In this document: positions 34,470 to 34,470 of the stretch, piece by piece
Numbering within the stretch: the stretch's first letter is position 1
Layout of the letters: each line of letters begins with the position of its first letter
Source of the DNA: Basidioascus undulatus
Taxonomy: Eukaryota
Assembly (NCBI GenBank): GCA_000826855.1
Contig: JTLS01000200.1
Location: 1-34,470, forward strand
Direction: 5' to 3'
DNA: 34,470 nucleotides
Made by a program: the position numbers and the translations under genes
Notes under the pieces: generated by a model
Told to the model about the DNA's origin: nothing
Databases searched by the model: none
Seen by the model: only the letters and a program-made list of their open reading frames with translations

Positions 34470-34470
34470 G

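Noticed and set aside
1..34470. Prokaryote-type systems (CRISPR arrays, operons, defence islands, SAS/SAH toxin-antitoxin pair around the HD hydrolase)
   Set aside because: The sequence is eukaryotic and intron-rich; no repeat-spacer array and no alarmone synthetase motif seen near MESH1.

Overview
GC-rich, intron-dense fungal genomic DNA, most likely from a basidiomycete (short GT..AG introns with frequent GTGCGT/GTGAGT donors and CTGAC/CTCAC branch sites), so the unspliced ORF track splits most genes. Recognisable genes with intact frames, spliced by eye: mitochondrial ribosomal protein L2 (-), cohesin subunit Scc3/Psc3/STAG (+), a secreted family-8 polysaccharide lyase (-), a small HMG-box/YABBY-like protein (-), a MESH1/HDDC3-type HD hydrolase with a probable mitochondrial presequence (-), and tRNA-Asn(GTT) at the right edge. 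Between these lie eroded gene relics: a MYND-finger relic, two APH-like kinases, an F-box-like gene and an inverted partial copy of the YABBY-like gene. There is also a strongly CpG-depleted block of about 1.8 kb containing an intron-bearing relic. The most intriguing items are a three-exon gene for a ~94-aa peptide ending in CxCxxCxCxxCxC, which the ORF track misses, and the putatively mitochondria-targeted MESH1. I see no convincing multi-gene novel system. All family calls come from motif recognition, not database searches.
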